Assembly (NCBI GenBank): GCA_963422305.1
Contig: OY729422.1
Span: 2,280,436-2,344,435 of the forward strand
Source of the DNA: Bryobacterales bacterium
Lineage (GTDB): Bacteria > Acidobacteriota > Terriglobia > Bryobacterales > UBA6623
DNA length: 64,000 nucleotides
Direction: 5' to 3'
In this document: piece after piece, positions 19,301 through 28,393 of the stretch
How positions within the stretch are numbered: position 1 is the stretch's first letter
How the letters are laid out: each line of letters opens with the position of its first letter
Position numbers and translations under genes: made by a program
The notes under the pieces: model-generated
Database searches by the model: none
What the model was told of the DNA's origin: nothing
Seen by the model: the letters and a program-made list of their open reading frames with translations, nothing else

Positions 19301-19495
19301 TCAGGCGGCGATCATCCGACGGATGCTCGCTTGCATGGAAGCGCTGACCAATGTGCTCTTGCGCAGGCGACGCTTGCGTTTGGAAGTCTTCTTCGTCAGG
19401 ATGTGGTTCCTCAGCGAGTGGTTCCGCCTGACCTTATTCGACCCTGTAAGTTTAAAGCGCTTGACCGCGCCTCGATGCGATTTCAATTTCGGCAC
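19301..19495 (-). CDS. rpmI: 50S ribosomal protein L35
   Basis: GTG start. [36 protein letters not shown] is canonical L35. Confidence 0.95.
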   Translation of the reverse strand: MPKLKSHRGAVKRFKLTGSNKVRRNHSLRNHILTKKTSKRKRRLRKSTLVSASMQASIRRMIAA

Positions 19496-19529
19496 AATCC
19501 TGACCTTGACCGCACAGCGCGGCCCTTTG

Positions 19530-19576
19530 CAAAAATGTTGAGGGCAGCGTCCGCGCGAGGCACACTAACGACCCTC
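19530..19576 (-). terminator. Candidate stem-loop plus U-run in the 121-nt rpmI leader (terminator of the upstream gene or an attenuator)
   Basis: The minus strand reads GAGGGUC...GCUGCCCUC, followed by AACAUUUUUG. The outer 5-bp GC stem is clear and the inner pairing is imperfect. Confidence 0.3.
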
Positions 19577-19616
19577 TGTTTATTTTACACGAACCTTGTC
19601 GAATAAGGAGTGAAAG

Positions 19617-21458
19617 CTACTCTTCCGACAGTCGACCTCTGGCCTCGGTAATCGCGTACGAAAACTCTATCGGGGGCATTGAACCCGTCCGCAAACTTTT
19701 GCCGTGGAACGATGACGGACTGAAGTCCTGAGTTGTTTCCTGGTAGTGCTGGCGGATCCGCTGCCAATTCCGCCACCCGATGAATACGATCGACGCGGAG
19801 GTCGGATTGATCTGGATCGAGCGGATCAGCGCGCGCGCGGCACTGGCTTCCATGTAGGCTTTCCGAACCAGATAGCGCACGGCGTCATCGGGAGACAGGT
19901 CGCCGGTGTGCATTTTGATATCGGCAATTGCGGCCGCAATGGTTTGGACTCGATATTTCCTCCAAATGAAATCCACATCGCCGCTATAGGCCGCGCCGAC
20001 CATCGATTCGGTAATGTAGATCGGCCAACCGTGAACGTATGCTGGCAGCGGATTGACATAGTACACGAGTTTCTTTTGCTCGGACTCCATCTCCGACGCC
20101 AGCGCGCCGAGAAGCGCATAGCCGGGAATACCGTAGCGCAGCGCCAGAAGCTTGAGTTGAAATTTATTGTTTGTCCTCAGCCGGTCGCGAAGCTCGGTGC
20201 GCGAGGCATCGGCCGGCGCGGAAGTCAGCCAGACGGTTGCGTTGTTGTCTCCCGGCGCCGCCGAAGGACCGAAGCCGCCGGCCAGAGGAACTGACGGATG
20301 CATGAACTCGGGGGTTTCGACGACGGTGAGCTTCAGGCTGTCGGGTACGGGCGCGAGCTCCTGCTCGTTGCAGATCTTGCGGGCTTCCTCTGTGTCTTTC
20401 TTCATCTGGTCCATCATGCCCTGGTTGTTGTACGCCCTGTTTTCGTCTTCGAGCACTTCGAGCACGTCGTTCATCAAGCGGAAATCGTCGCGGGGTCGGC
20501 TACCGCCGTAAATCCGCGCATTGATTGGCTCAGCGGCGCGGATCAAATCGGCGTGCGCGGCTTGGTAGGTGTCCTCCGCCTTCTCGATCACGTTCGCGGC
20601 CGTCGCCAGGGAGCGTCCGGAATCCAACTGCAACTTCCTGTCGTAGAGAGACGAACCCAGACGCCAGTCGTCGCTTGCCGACATTCCGTCGACGAACGAG
20701 ATGTAACCCTCAAGCGCCGCAACCGCCGCCGACTGGTAATCATTCTCCATAACGTCCGACATGCCGCCGCGAATGTCTTTCGTGATGAGCTGAATGACGC
20801 CGTCGGCCGATTCTTTTGCCGCTTCTGCCCGAACCTCGGATGTGGATTTCAAGTTCTGCTGCGCCGTTGCGATGAAATCCGGCACGGCCTTGAGGCGCTC
20901 TGCGATCGCCGCAAAGCGTTCGTTCGCGGGCGCATATTCGAGAACTAACGGAGCGTAGAGCGCACCTCCCAGTTCCTCCATATACATCAGCGGATTGTTC
21001 TCTTGCAGTTTTTCCGCTTGAAAGCGGAATAGGGTGCGCTCGGCGCGGTTCAATACCGTTCCGAACTCGGTCCACAGCTCGGGCGGCAGCTTGTCATGCT
21101 CGAACCCTTCCTCGGATTCAGGCGGCGCCTTGAACTTGTCGACCACCGCTTGCGCGTGCTGCGTCTTGCGTTCGATTGCGGCGGATGAAAAATCCGGAAG
21201 CGCGCCGGCGAGGGCGACCTCTGTGCCGCCTTGCAGCATCTCGTCCGTCCATTCCTGGCCGACCTTGACCTTTGAAGACCCTGCCAGTAAGGCGCCCACT
21301 GGAAAATCGGCGGCAGCATCGTGGATATAGGGCTTGGCGACCTGATTGTGCATCAGGGGGGGGTAGTCTCCAACAGGTCCGCAAGCGATGCTCAGGACCG
21401 CCACGGCTGCAACTGCCGCCAATGCCAAGACAGACAAATTCTTTCGTGCAGGTTTCAT
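19617..21458 (-). CDS. DUF885-like lipoprotein
   Basis: Lipobox LSIACG. The overall layout and the C-terminal AYVHGWPIYITES resemble the EGWA.Y.E segment of DUF885. The usual HE..PGH segment reads RYGIPGY here, so the metal-site-like residues appear not to be conserved. Confidence 0.5.
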   Translation of the reverse strand: MKPARKNLSVLALAAVAAVAVLSIACGPVGDYPPLMHNQVAKPYIHDAAADFPVGALLAGSSKVKVGQEWTDEMLQGGTEVALAGALPDFSSAAIERKTQHAQAVVDKFKAPPESEEGFEHDKLPPELWTEFGTVLNRAERTLFRFQAEKLQENNPLMYMEELGGALYAPLVLEYAPANERFAAIAERLKAVPDFIATAQQNLKSTSEVRAEAAKESADGVIQLITKDIRGGMSDVMENDYQSAAVAALEGYISFVDGMSASDDWRLGSSLYDRKLQLDSGRSLATAANVIEKAEDTYQAAHADLIRAAEPINARIYGGSRPRDDFRLMNDVLEVLEDENRAYNNQGMMDQMKKDTEEARKICNEQELAPVPDSLKLTVVETPEFMHPSVPLAGGFGPSAAPGDNNATVWLTSAPADASRTELRDRLRTNNKFQLKLLALRYGIPGYALLGALASEMESEQKKLVYYVNPLPAYVHGWPIYITESMVGAAYSGDVDFIWRKYRVQTIAAAIADIKMHTGDLSPDDAVRYLVRKAYMEASAARALIRSIQINPTSASIVFIGWRNWQRIRQHYQETTQDFSPSSFHGKSLRTGSMPPIEFSYAITEARGRLSEE

Positions 21459-21641
21459 TTCAGGTCCCCGGAGAAATAATCATGGGCATCGCGCACTCGC
21501 TTTTGTCTCACGCGCCGGCAAGTCCGCTTAGTTCCGCAACTCTTCACCATCTTAGTCATGTCGGTTTCCACTGGCAAGCCGCCCGGCGCTCCATTGCAAG
21601 TTCCGCGCAAAGCCGCGTGGCCTACCGCGCAATCGATCCGC

Positions 21642-22085
21642 TCACTCCACATAGTCGAGCAATGCCCATATGTCCGTATGTGTCAGTGTCCTCGCTTCAT
21701 CCGTTTGCTTGGATATCTCCGTGTTGTAGTCGGAGCCGTGAACCTCTTTGAACAATGCTGGGTAGTTTGTTGTCTCCATGGCCTGGAATGTCGGAAATTG
21801 GGTGACAGTGACGTATTGATAGTCTGCCTCTCCGCCGCCCCCGCCGGGGAAGTGATGGCCGTACAGCCGCCAAGAAGCAATATAGCCCTTATCAACGCGC
21901 AACTGGTGAACGGGTTTCCAGAGCTTCTCCAGATCGATGTACTTGAGCGCTTGTCCCGGTGGGATTCGCATATAGTCGATGCGAAGATAGTGGTTCTTCA
22001 CGGTTTGGGTCGATGCAGTCGGCACGAGAGTGCCCGCCAGAAAAGCGAGCGCCAGAGCCAACGAGAATCCGAATGCTCGAATCAT
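21642..22085 (-). CDS. Small secreted hypothetical protein
   Basis: Signal peptide MIRAFGFSLALALAFLAG. No family recognised. An alternative TTG start lies at 22103. Confidence 0.4.
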   Translation of the reverse strand: MIRAFGFSLALALAFLAGTLVPTASTQTVKNHYLRIDYMRIPPGQALKYIDLEKLWKPVHQLRVDKGYIASWRLYGHHFPGGGGGEADYQYVTVTQFPTFQAMETTNYPALFKEVHGSDYNTEISKQTDEARTLTHTDIWALLDYVE

Positions 22086-22223
22086 GTTCCAAATTACCTC
22101 CAACCCTAGAATATCTCAACAGACTGGGTTCTCGAAAGAGAGTCGGTTTGACGAAGATTCAATGAAGTTTTTACGTCTGCGTTTTCAAAGGAGCCCGCCG
22201 GACCGTATCATGAAGGAATAGTG

Positions 22224-23747
22224 ATGTATAGACGCGCATTTCTTTCTCTGGCTTCCCTGCCGGCTGTCGCCTTGCGGTCTTACCCGCAGGTTCGTCGCAA
22301 GCCGAAATTAGGCGGCGACCCGTTCCGGCTCGGCGTCGCCTCGGGCGATCCCGCGCCCGATGGTTTCGTTCTGTGGACGCGCTTGGCGCTTGACCCGCTC
22401 AACGGTGGCGGAATGCCCGGCGAACCGATCGACGTGCGCTGGCAGATTGCCGCGGACGAGCGCATGCGTAAGCCGATCCGCCAAGGAGCGGCCGTTGCGG
22501 ATCCACGTCTGGGGCACTCCGTTCATGTCGAGATATCCGGTCTCGATCCGGACCGCTGGTATTGGTACCGCTTCATGGCCGGCGACGAGGAAAGCACGGT
22601 CGGGCGCACCCGCACCGCTCCGGCCTTGAACGCGCGGCTCGATCGACTGCGGTTTGCTTTCGCCTCTTGCCAGCACTACGAGGCGGGTTACTACACCGCG
22701 TACAAGCATATGGCGGACGAGAACCCGGACATGATCGTCCACCTCGGCGATTACATCTACGAAGGCGCCGCGAATCCCCGCGCGCGCGCGCATCGCGGCG
22801 GAGAAATCAAGTCGCTCGACGATTACCGCAACCGCCATGCCCTCTACCGTACCGATGCCGATTTGCAGCGCGTCCATGCCGTATGTCCTTGGCTCGTGAC
22901 CTGGGACGACCACGAACTCGATAACAACTATGCAGCGGAGGTTTCGGAGGAGTCAGACATCGATGTCGACAGTTTTTTGACGCGGCGCGCCCATGCTTAC
23001 CGAGCCTATTACGAGCACATGCCGCTGAGGGCGGCGCAGATTCCGAAAGGCGCGGACATGCGCCTGTACCGGCGCTCCGCATACGGCCGGTTGGTGAATT
23101 TCGCAATCCTGGACACCCGCCAATATCGAACCGACCAGCCCTGCGGAGACCGCGCCAAGCCCCCTTGCGAAGGCGTTTTCGATCCCGCCGCGACCCTGCT
23201 CGGCGACAAACAGGAGAAATGGCTGTTCGACACGATCAAGCGGTCTCCCGCGGCCTGGAACGTGCTCGCGCAGCAAGTGATGATGGCCCGCGCCGACCGC
23301 GAGCCGGGGGACGAATTCAAGATCAGCATGGACCAGTGGTCCGGCTACGACGCCAACCGCAAGCGCGTCTTGCGGTTTTTCGAGGAAAGCAAAGTATCCA
23401 ACCCGGTCATCCTTACCGGTGACATTCACGCGCACTGGGTCAATGACCTGAAAGTGGATTTCGACGACGAAAATTCGCCGACCGTCGCCAGCGAATTCGT
23501 GGGCACTTCCATTAGTTCGGGCGGCGACGGCGACCCCCGCGAGGACTACGCCGAAAGCATCCGCCGCGAGAACCCTTTTGTAAAGCTCTACAACGCGCAG
23601 CGCGGCTATGTGAGCTGCGAGGTCACGCCGGAACGCTGGACGTCCCGCTACCAAGTGCTCGACTACGTTACGCGACCGGGCGCTCCGCGCAAGACTCTAG
23701 CGGAGTTCATCGTCGAGAGCGGCCGACCCGGTCCAGCGCCGGCATGA
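22224..23747 (+). CDS. phoD: PhoD-family alkaline phosphatase/phosphodiesterase (TAT signal)
   Basis: MYRRAFLSL signal. FRLGVASGDPAPDGFVLWTRLA, YWYRF, HLGDYIYE, TWDDHE, GDIHAHW. Confidence 0.85.
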   Translation: MYRRAFLSLASLPAVALRSYPQVRRKPKLGGDPFRLGVASGDPAPDGFVLWTRLALDPLNGGGMPGEPIDVRWQIAADERMRKPIRQGAAVADPRLGHSVHVEISGLDPDRWYWYRFMAGDEESTVGRTRTAPALNARLDRLRFAFASCQHYEAGYYTAYKHMADENPDMIVHLGDYIYEGAANPRARAHRGGEIKSLDDYRNRHALYRTDADLQRVHAVCPWLVTWDDHELDNNYAAEVSEESDIDVDSFLTRRAHAYRAYYEHMPLRAAQIPKGADMRLYRRSAYGRLVNFAILDTRQYRTDQPCGDRAKPPCEGVFDPAATLLGDKQEKWLFDTIKRSPAAWNVLAQQVMMARADREPGDEFKISMDQWSGYDANRKRVLRFFEESKVSNPVILTGDIHAHWVNDLKVDFDDENSPTVASEFVGTSISSGGDGDPREDYAESIRRENPFVKLYNAQRGYVSCEVTPERWTSRYQVLDYVTRPGAPRKTLAEFIVESGRPGPAPA

Positions 23748-23756
23748 CGGGCGGAA

Positions 23757-25103
23757 TCAGCTTGCGCTGCGCAGCTTGAGCGGCGCCGTTCCGATTCCCG
23801 GCCAGACACGGATGATACCGAACGCCGCGCGCGTGCCGATCCACGCTGTCGCCGCCCACCATGTCCGGTCCAGCGCCTCCGGCGATTCGATATCGACGAA
23901 CATGAGCGCGGCCGCCCCCGCCGCCCCTGCCGCGAAAACCGAGTTGCGTAGATAGCGGAAGTCCCGGGCGCCCCAATGAATACCGTCGGTACCGAACGAC
24001 AGTCCGTTGAGCGGTTGACTCAGCGCGCAAATCCACCAAGGGACAGCGAACAGCGTAAGAGCTTCGGCGGGGACGTAAACCCGTTCCATCGTCGGCTGCG
24101 CCAAGAGCATGCCCAGGCCGAGGACGGCGCCTGCGCCGAACGACCACAGGCAAACGGCTTTAGCCACCCGTCGCGCTTCGGCAATGTCTCCGGAACCCAT
24201 GAAATAAGCGACCAGACTCTGGCCCGCGAGCGCGAATGCGTCGAGAAAGAGGGCGGTCAACGTCCATGTGCTGCGAATCGCTTGATGCACGGCCCCTGCT
24301 TCAGCCCCGACTCGCGTCGCCGTGCGCGTCATGAGCACGAGAAACGTATTCAGCAACGCAGCGCGAAGAAAAAGATCCCGCCCGTCCGTGAAGAACCGCG
24401 GCGCACGCGACCAATCCATTGCCGCCGGACGGCCGAGCGAACGCAATACGGCGCCCGCCGCACAGAGAGCGCCGATCCACTGGCTGACCGAACTTGCAAG
24501 CGCCGTTCCGCCGACCCCCATCGCGTTCAGAGAGCCGAAACCGAAAATCAAAAAATAGTCGAGGACGATGTTGATCCCATTCACCGCTGCTGCAATCCAG
24601 AGCGGCGCCTGCATCTGCTGGATTCCGCGCAACGCTCCGAATGCGGCAAAAGTAATTAACACCGCCGGGGCGCCGAGGAGTCGGATCCTGGTGTATTCGA
24701 CCGCCAAAGCGGCAACCCGCCCTTCCGCGCCCATTGCCCGGACGCAGACGGGAAGCGAAGGCCACCCGACCGCAATCAATCCCGTCCCGATGCCGGCTGC
24801 CAGCAGAACAACCGCAGTGCTCCAACGCGCGGCTTCTTCGACAGCGTCTCCGTCCTGCCCGCGGCGGCCCCAGAGAATGCCGACCTCGGTCTGCGTGGCG
24901 ATTCCAAGAAAGCCGAATACCCAGAACAGAGTCGACATCATCAGCGTGCCGACGCCCAGAGCGGCCAGCGGTTCCGACCCCAGCTTGGCGACAAATCCGG
25001 TATCGACCATGCCGGTGAGCGGCTCTGCGATCAGCGAGCCCAATACGGGAATGGAAAGCGCGAGCAACGTCCCGTGGGGATTGTTTCTAAAGGAATCCGA
25101 CAC
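23757..25103 (-). CDS. MATE-family efflux transporter (DinF-like)
   Basis: 12-TM profile. N-terminal LLALSIPVLGSLIAEPLTGMVDTGFVAKLG is typical of MATE. Confidence 0.8.
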   Translation of the reverse strand: MSDSFRNNPHGTLLALSIPVLGSLIAEPLTGMVDTGFVAKLGSEPLAALGVGTLMMSTLFWVFGFLGIATQTEVGILWGRRGQDGDAVEEAARWSTAVVLLAAGIGTGLIAVGWPSLPVCVRAMGAEGRVAALAVEYTRIRLLGAPAVLITFAAFGALRGIQQMQAPLWIAAAVNGINIVLDYFLIFGFGSLNAMGVGGTALASSVSQWIGALCAAGAVLRSLGRPAAMDWSRAPRFFTDGRDLFLRAALLNTFLVLMTRTATRVGAEAGAVHQAIRSTWTLTALFLDAFALAGQSLVAYFMGSGDIAEARRVAKAVCLWSFGAGAVLGLGMLLAQPTMERVYVPAEALTLFAVPWWICALSQPLNGLSFGTDGIHWGARDFRYLRNSVFAAGAAGAAALMFVDIESPEALDRTWWAATAWIGTRAAFGIIRVWPGIGTAPLKLRSAS

Positions 25104-25191
25104 GCGAAGCTTTCCATTCTCGCAGTCGCCGTTCCGCGGGCCGTTGCAGCCTATGAATCAAGCGAGATCCGGCATGGAAGAATGAAGCTGC

Positions 25192-25799
25192 ATGCCGAAC
25201 GTCGTTTACTTGCACGGCTTCGCCTCCAGCCATCTCTTCGCGAAAGCTCGTTTTTTTTCAGCGGCGGTTCGCGGCGGTCGGCGCTGTGGTTCATCATCGG
25301 CCCCGGCTCGATGAAGGCGACTTCGGCTCGCTGACCATCAGCAGGCAGCTTCGGGTAGTTGCGGACGCGATCGACACGCTCGATCCGGTTCTCATAATGG
25401 GCTCCAGCATGGGCGCTTACCTGGCTGCGCTGCATGCCGCCCGCGATCCAGAGATATGTCCGCCGCTCATACTCATGGCTCCGGCTTTCGATTTCGCGCG
25501 CCGCTGGTCCGAGCGCCTCACTCCGGCGGAAATGGAAAATTGGAAAAAATCCGGCGGCCTGGATGTGTATCACTACGGTGCGCAGCGCCGGGAGAAGGTC
25601 GGCTACAGACTCTACGCCGACGCTCTGACGTACGACGCGTTACCCGCGGTTTCGCAAAAGACGCTCATCTTCCACGGCCGTCGCGACAAAGACGTCGATG
25701 CGCAATTATCGGTCGAAATTCTCGCGTGACAAGCCCAATGTCGAGTTGGAGTTGCTCGATTCCGATCACCAGTTGCTCGACGCGACGGATATCATATAG
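25192..25799 (+). pseudogene. YqiA/UPF0227-like alpha/beta-hydrolase esterase, disrupted by two +1 frameshifts
   Basis: MPNVVYLHGFASS... (frame 1) continues as ...RRFAAVG...IMGSSMGAYLAAL (nucleophile GxSxG) in frame 2 after a T8 run (25251-25258). The C-terminus KFSRDKPNVELELLDSDHQLLD (catalytic DH) is in frame 0 after the AAA at 25716-25718. Removing one base at each run restores a single ORF. Confidence 0.6.
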
Positions 25800-25828
25800 C
25801 AGGCACGGCGGCTTTTTATCATGGGTTG

Positions 25829-25856
25829 TGAACCCTTTTGCGCCGCTCGGTCGTAA
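25829..25856 (+). promoter_or_regulatory. Candidate ECF-type promoter upstream of the sigma factor gene
   Basis: TGAACC (25829-25834) followed 16-18 nt later by GGTCGTAA resembles the generic ECF AAC / CGT(C/A) architecture. It sits about 40 nt before the proposed TTG start. The spacing is ambiguous. Confidence 0.3.
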
Positions 25857-25894
25857 CAGACGTCAAGGAATATGGGCGGTGGCAGGAGCGGTCT

Positions 25895-26458
25895 TTGGAG
25901 TCAGTGAAACCGGTATCCAGGGAATTGGTTAACGCGGCGCTCGCGGACAAAGAGGCGTTCGCTGCTATCGTCGAAAAGCACGAATCGATGGTATACAGCT
26001 TGGCGTACAATTTTTTCCAAGATCGGAATCTGTCACAAGATATCGCTCAGGAAGCTTATCTTGAGTTGTATCGAAATCTGGCCAAGATCGAGTCCGACGT
26101 TCACCTGAGCAACTGGCTACGGCAAACAGTGACGCGGAAGTGCATCGATTATAAGCGGCGCCGCAAGCACCGCCGCTACCGGTCTCTGGAAGACATCCGG
26201 GAACCGGGTTTCAGTGATGTCAGACGCGATCCGCTCCTGGCCGACGCGTTGGGGCAAAGGGTCGCGGCATTGCCGGAAAAGATGCGCATGGTGCTGATCC
26301 TGCGCTTCCAGGATGATTTGAAGCTGAGCGAAATCGCCGATGCCACCGGAATCCCGCTGAACACTGTGAAGACGATACTCCACAGGTCGCTGAAAAAATT
26401 GAAGTCGAAGGTTGCCCGTTTCGAAACGGAGATCTGTTATGAGCCGATGGGAAGATAA
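25895..26458 (+). CDS. ECF (sigma-70 family) RNA polymerase sigma factor
   Basis: Region 2 FAAIVEKHESMVYSLAYNFFQDRNLSQDIAQEAYLELY. Region 4 RMVLILRFQDDLKLSEIADATGIPLNTVKTILHRSLKKL. TTG at 25895 has AGGAG 6 nt upstream. The track ORF begins at 25838. Confidence 0.85.
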   Translation: MESVKPVSRELVNAALADKEAFAAIVEKHESMVYSLAYNFFQDRNLSQDIAQEAYLELYRNLAKIESDVHLSNWLRQTVTRKCIDYKRRRKHRRYRSLEDIREPGFSDVRRDPLLADALGQRVAALPEKMRMVLILRFQDDLKLSEIADATGIPLNTVKTILHRSLKKLKSKVARFETEICYEPMGR

Positions 26459-26810
26459 CGGCCGCCTGGAAGTGGAATTAACGGAACGGTTGGCGCGGAG
26501 GCCGGCGCCGGCGAATTTCACTGAAAACGTCATGGAGACGGTACGGCGCGGGGCATTCGTCCGAACCCCCGCCGGGACGGAATTCCTGCCCCGTCAGAAG
26601 ATCAACGCATGGGCTGCGGCGGTGCTGGCCGCGGCTTCATTGATCGTCGGTTTCGGAATTCATCATCGTTTGGGGGCGAATGAAGCGGCCCGGCTGGCGG
26701 AAGCCCAAGAAGCCGAAGCGCGCTTGGTAGAGTCGCTGCATCTTGCGGGGATAACTTTTAATCTGGCGCGCGACGCCGCATTCGGCGCGGGCGGGGTCGA
26801 AAGGGAATAG
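26439..26810 (+). CDS. Putative anti-sigma factor (single-pass membrane protein)
   Basis: Overlaps the sigma gene by 20 nt with a GGAG RBS. Short cytoplasmic N-terminus, one TM helix (AWAAAVLAAASLIVGFGI), small periplasmic tail. Confidence 0.5.
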   Translation: MSRWEDNGRLEVELTERLARRPAPANFTENVMETVRRGAFVRTPAGTEFLPRQKINAWAAAVLAAASLIVGFGIHHRLGANEAARLAEAQEAEARLVESLHLAGITFNLARDAAFGAGGVERE

Positions 26811-26819
26811 GGGTCAACG

Positions 26820-27419
26820 ATGACATGGGGACGTAACAGGAGTCCGTGGACGGCGCTCGCGTTGTTGCTGATCTTCGAGCCGACGCCGCTGCCCGCGCAA
26901 TATGAAACCGTCGGAGCCGAACAGATCGAAATGCAGCTCGACGGACTTGAAGAAAAGGCCGATGAAGTCGTCAAGGTCAATCTCTGGGGGAAATCTCTGG
27001 AGCAGGGCAAGAAGCTGCTTGGTCTTCGCAAGAACGTCACAAGCCCCGTCAGCAGATTCCTGGCCGGACTGAAGGGCGTGTACCGCCGTACCTATCGTTT
27101 CGCAGGCGTGAAGCCGGATCGGGAAGATGTCGAGCCGATCTATCGGCAACTCGCAGACGGTGGATGGGCGCCGCTCATCGAGACCGAGAACCGCAAGGAA
27201 GATAGCGCCGTTTCGGTTTACTCGTACTATAAAAACAAGGAAGTGGCCGGGGTCACAGTGGTGTCGACCGACCCTGAGGAAGTGACCGTAGTCAGAATCA
27301 TGGGTTCCGTCGATCTCGAGATTCTTTCCGATATCGGGAAGGGACTGGGGCTGCCGATAATGAACGTTGCTTCCACCGAGTTGACCAGAAAAAAAATCGA
27401 CTTGCCTAATACGGAGTAG
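26820..27419 (+). CDS. Secreted DUF4252-like protein (third member of the ECF module)
   Basis: Signal peptide. Size and C-terminal pattern (VTVVSTDPEEVTVVRIMGSVDLEILSDIG) resemble DUF4252 proteins, which commonly follow ECF/anti-sigma pairs. Confidence 0.45.
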   Translation: MTWGRNRSPWTALALLLIFEPTPLPAQYETVGAEQIEMQLDGLEEKADEVVKVNLWGKSLEQGKKLLGLRKNVTSPVSRFLAGLKGVYRRTYRFAGVKPDREDVEPIYRQLADGGWAPLIETENRKEDSAVSVYSYYKNKEVAGVTVVSTDPEEVTVVRIMGSVDLEILSDIGKGLGLPIMNVASTELTRKKIDLPNTE

Positions 27420-27438
27420 TTCTTTCCTGTGGCGCGGT

Positions 27439-28209
27439 CTATATTGCGGATACCTCCGCGCCTGCGCGTACTCCGGCAAGATTCGCTGCCGATCCGCGGT
27501 TCACGGATACCTCGATATATCCGGAACTGCCGATGATGAGGAACGGCGCCCCGCCCGCAGCATCCACATAGGAAGCGGCCCACGAATTGACGATCAGATT
27601 GCCCAGGCGGACCCCGCTGCCTTCCGGCAGATCGCCGCGGCGGAAGCTGGTAACGACGTTCCCGAATCCGTCGACGTGTAATACTCGGCCTACGCTGTTC
27701 TTTGGTCTTGTCGCAGGCAGCATCGCCGCTCCGTCGCACGGCGCCCCGATTCGAGCGAAATCCATTCCTGAGGCAAGCCGAGCCGCGGCAGGGGCGAAAA
27801 GATCGCGCCCGTGAAACGTGCGGCTGACGGCTGTCAAGCCGTGCCGCGGGTCGATCGAGCGAACCTCATGTTTAGGTTCCTGTTCGAAAACCTGCGAAAG
27901 CGCTCCATTGTCCGGAGCCACGAAAATATGCCCCGCGGCGGCGGCCGCGATCGTCCGGCGCGAAGAGCCGACGCCGGGATCGATCACGACAACGTGGACG
28001 CTGCCTGGCGGGAAATACGGCCAGGCTTGGGCGATGGCGAAGGCGCCTTCGGCAACGTCGTGCGCAGGAATGCCGTGCGAGATGTCAATGACGCAAATAT
28101 CGCGATCGATCGCGGCGATCACCCCCTTCATCGCTCCGACGTAGTGGTCCCGCGAGCCGAAATCCGTTGTCAGCGTGACGATTCCAGATGAGACGGCAGT
28201 TTGGCGCAC
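27439..28209 (-). CDS. SAM hydroxide adenosyltransferase / chlorinase-fluorinase-fold (DUF62) protein
   Basis: IVTLTTDFGSRDHYVGAMKGVI, DISHGIPAHDV, VVVIDPGVGS, and a C-terminal beta domain are the canonical DUF62 pattern. Confidence 0.8.
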   Translation of the reverse strand: MRQTAVSSGIVTLTTDFGSRDHYVGAMKGVIAAIDRDICVIDISHGIPAHDVAEGAFAIAQAWPYFPPGSVHVVVIDPGVGSSRRTIAAAAAGHIFVAPDNGALSQVFEQEPKHEVRSIDPRHGLTAVSRTFHGRDLFAPAAARLASGMDFARIGAPCDGAAMLPATRPKNSVGRVLHVDGFGNVVTSFRRGDLPEGSGVRLGNLIVNSWAASYVDAAGGAPFLIIGSSGYIEVSVNRGSAANLAGVRAGAEVSAI

Positions 28210-28393
28210 GATCTATATTTAGCAGGGTTTTGCCCCGGACGCTTGTTCGGCCGGGGGCAGGCGATAGCAAGACCGCTGCGCGCCGGAGCCTGCCTCATAA
28301 GCCGGCGCATCCGGAACGTTCTATACTAAGAATCTTTCTTTCTCCGGGACCGCCGCTTTTTTGAGGCCCCGGCGGCTTGGGTTTGGCTCAATC

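Noticed and set aside
22104-22223. A Pho box in the divergent promoter region upstream of phoD.
   Set aside because: No CTGTCAT-type direct repeats or other obvious repeated hexamers are visible.
25251-25258. Programmed ribosomal frameshifting at the U8 tract of the esterase gene.
   Set aside because: A second, unrelated frameshift (25716-25718) is needed to reach the catalytic His, and no downstream stimulatory structure was evident. A pseudogene or homopolymer error is more parsimonious. Transcriptional slippage is kept only as an alternative in the finding.
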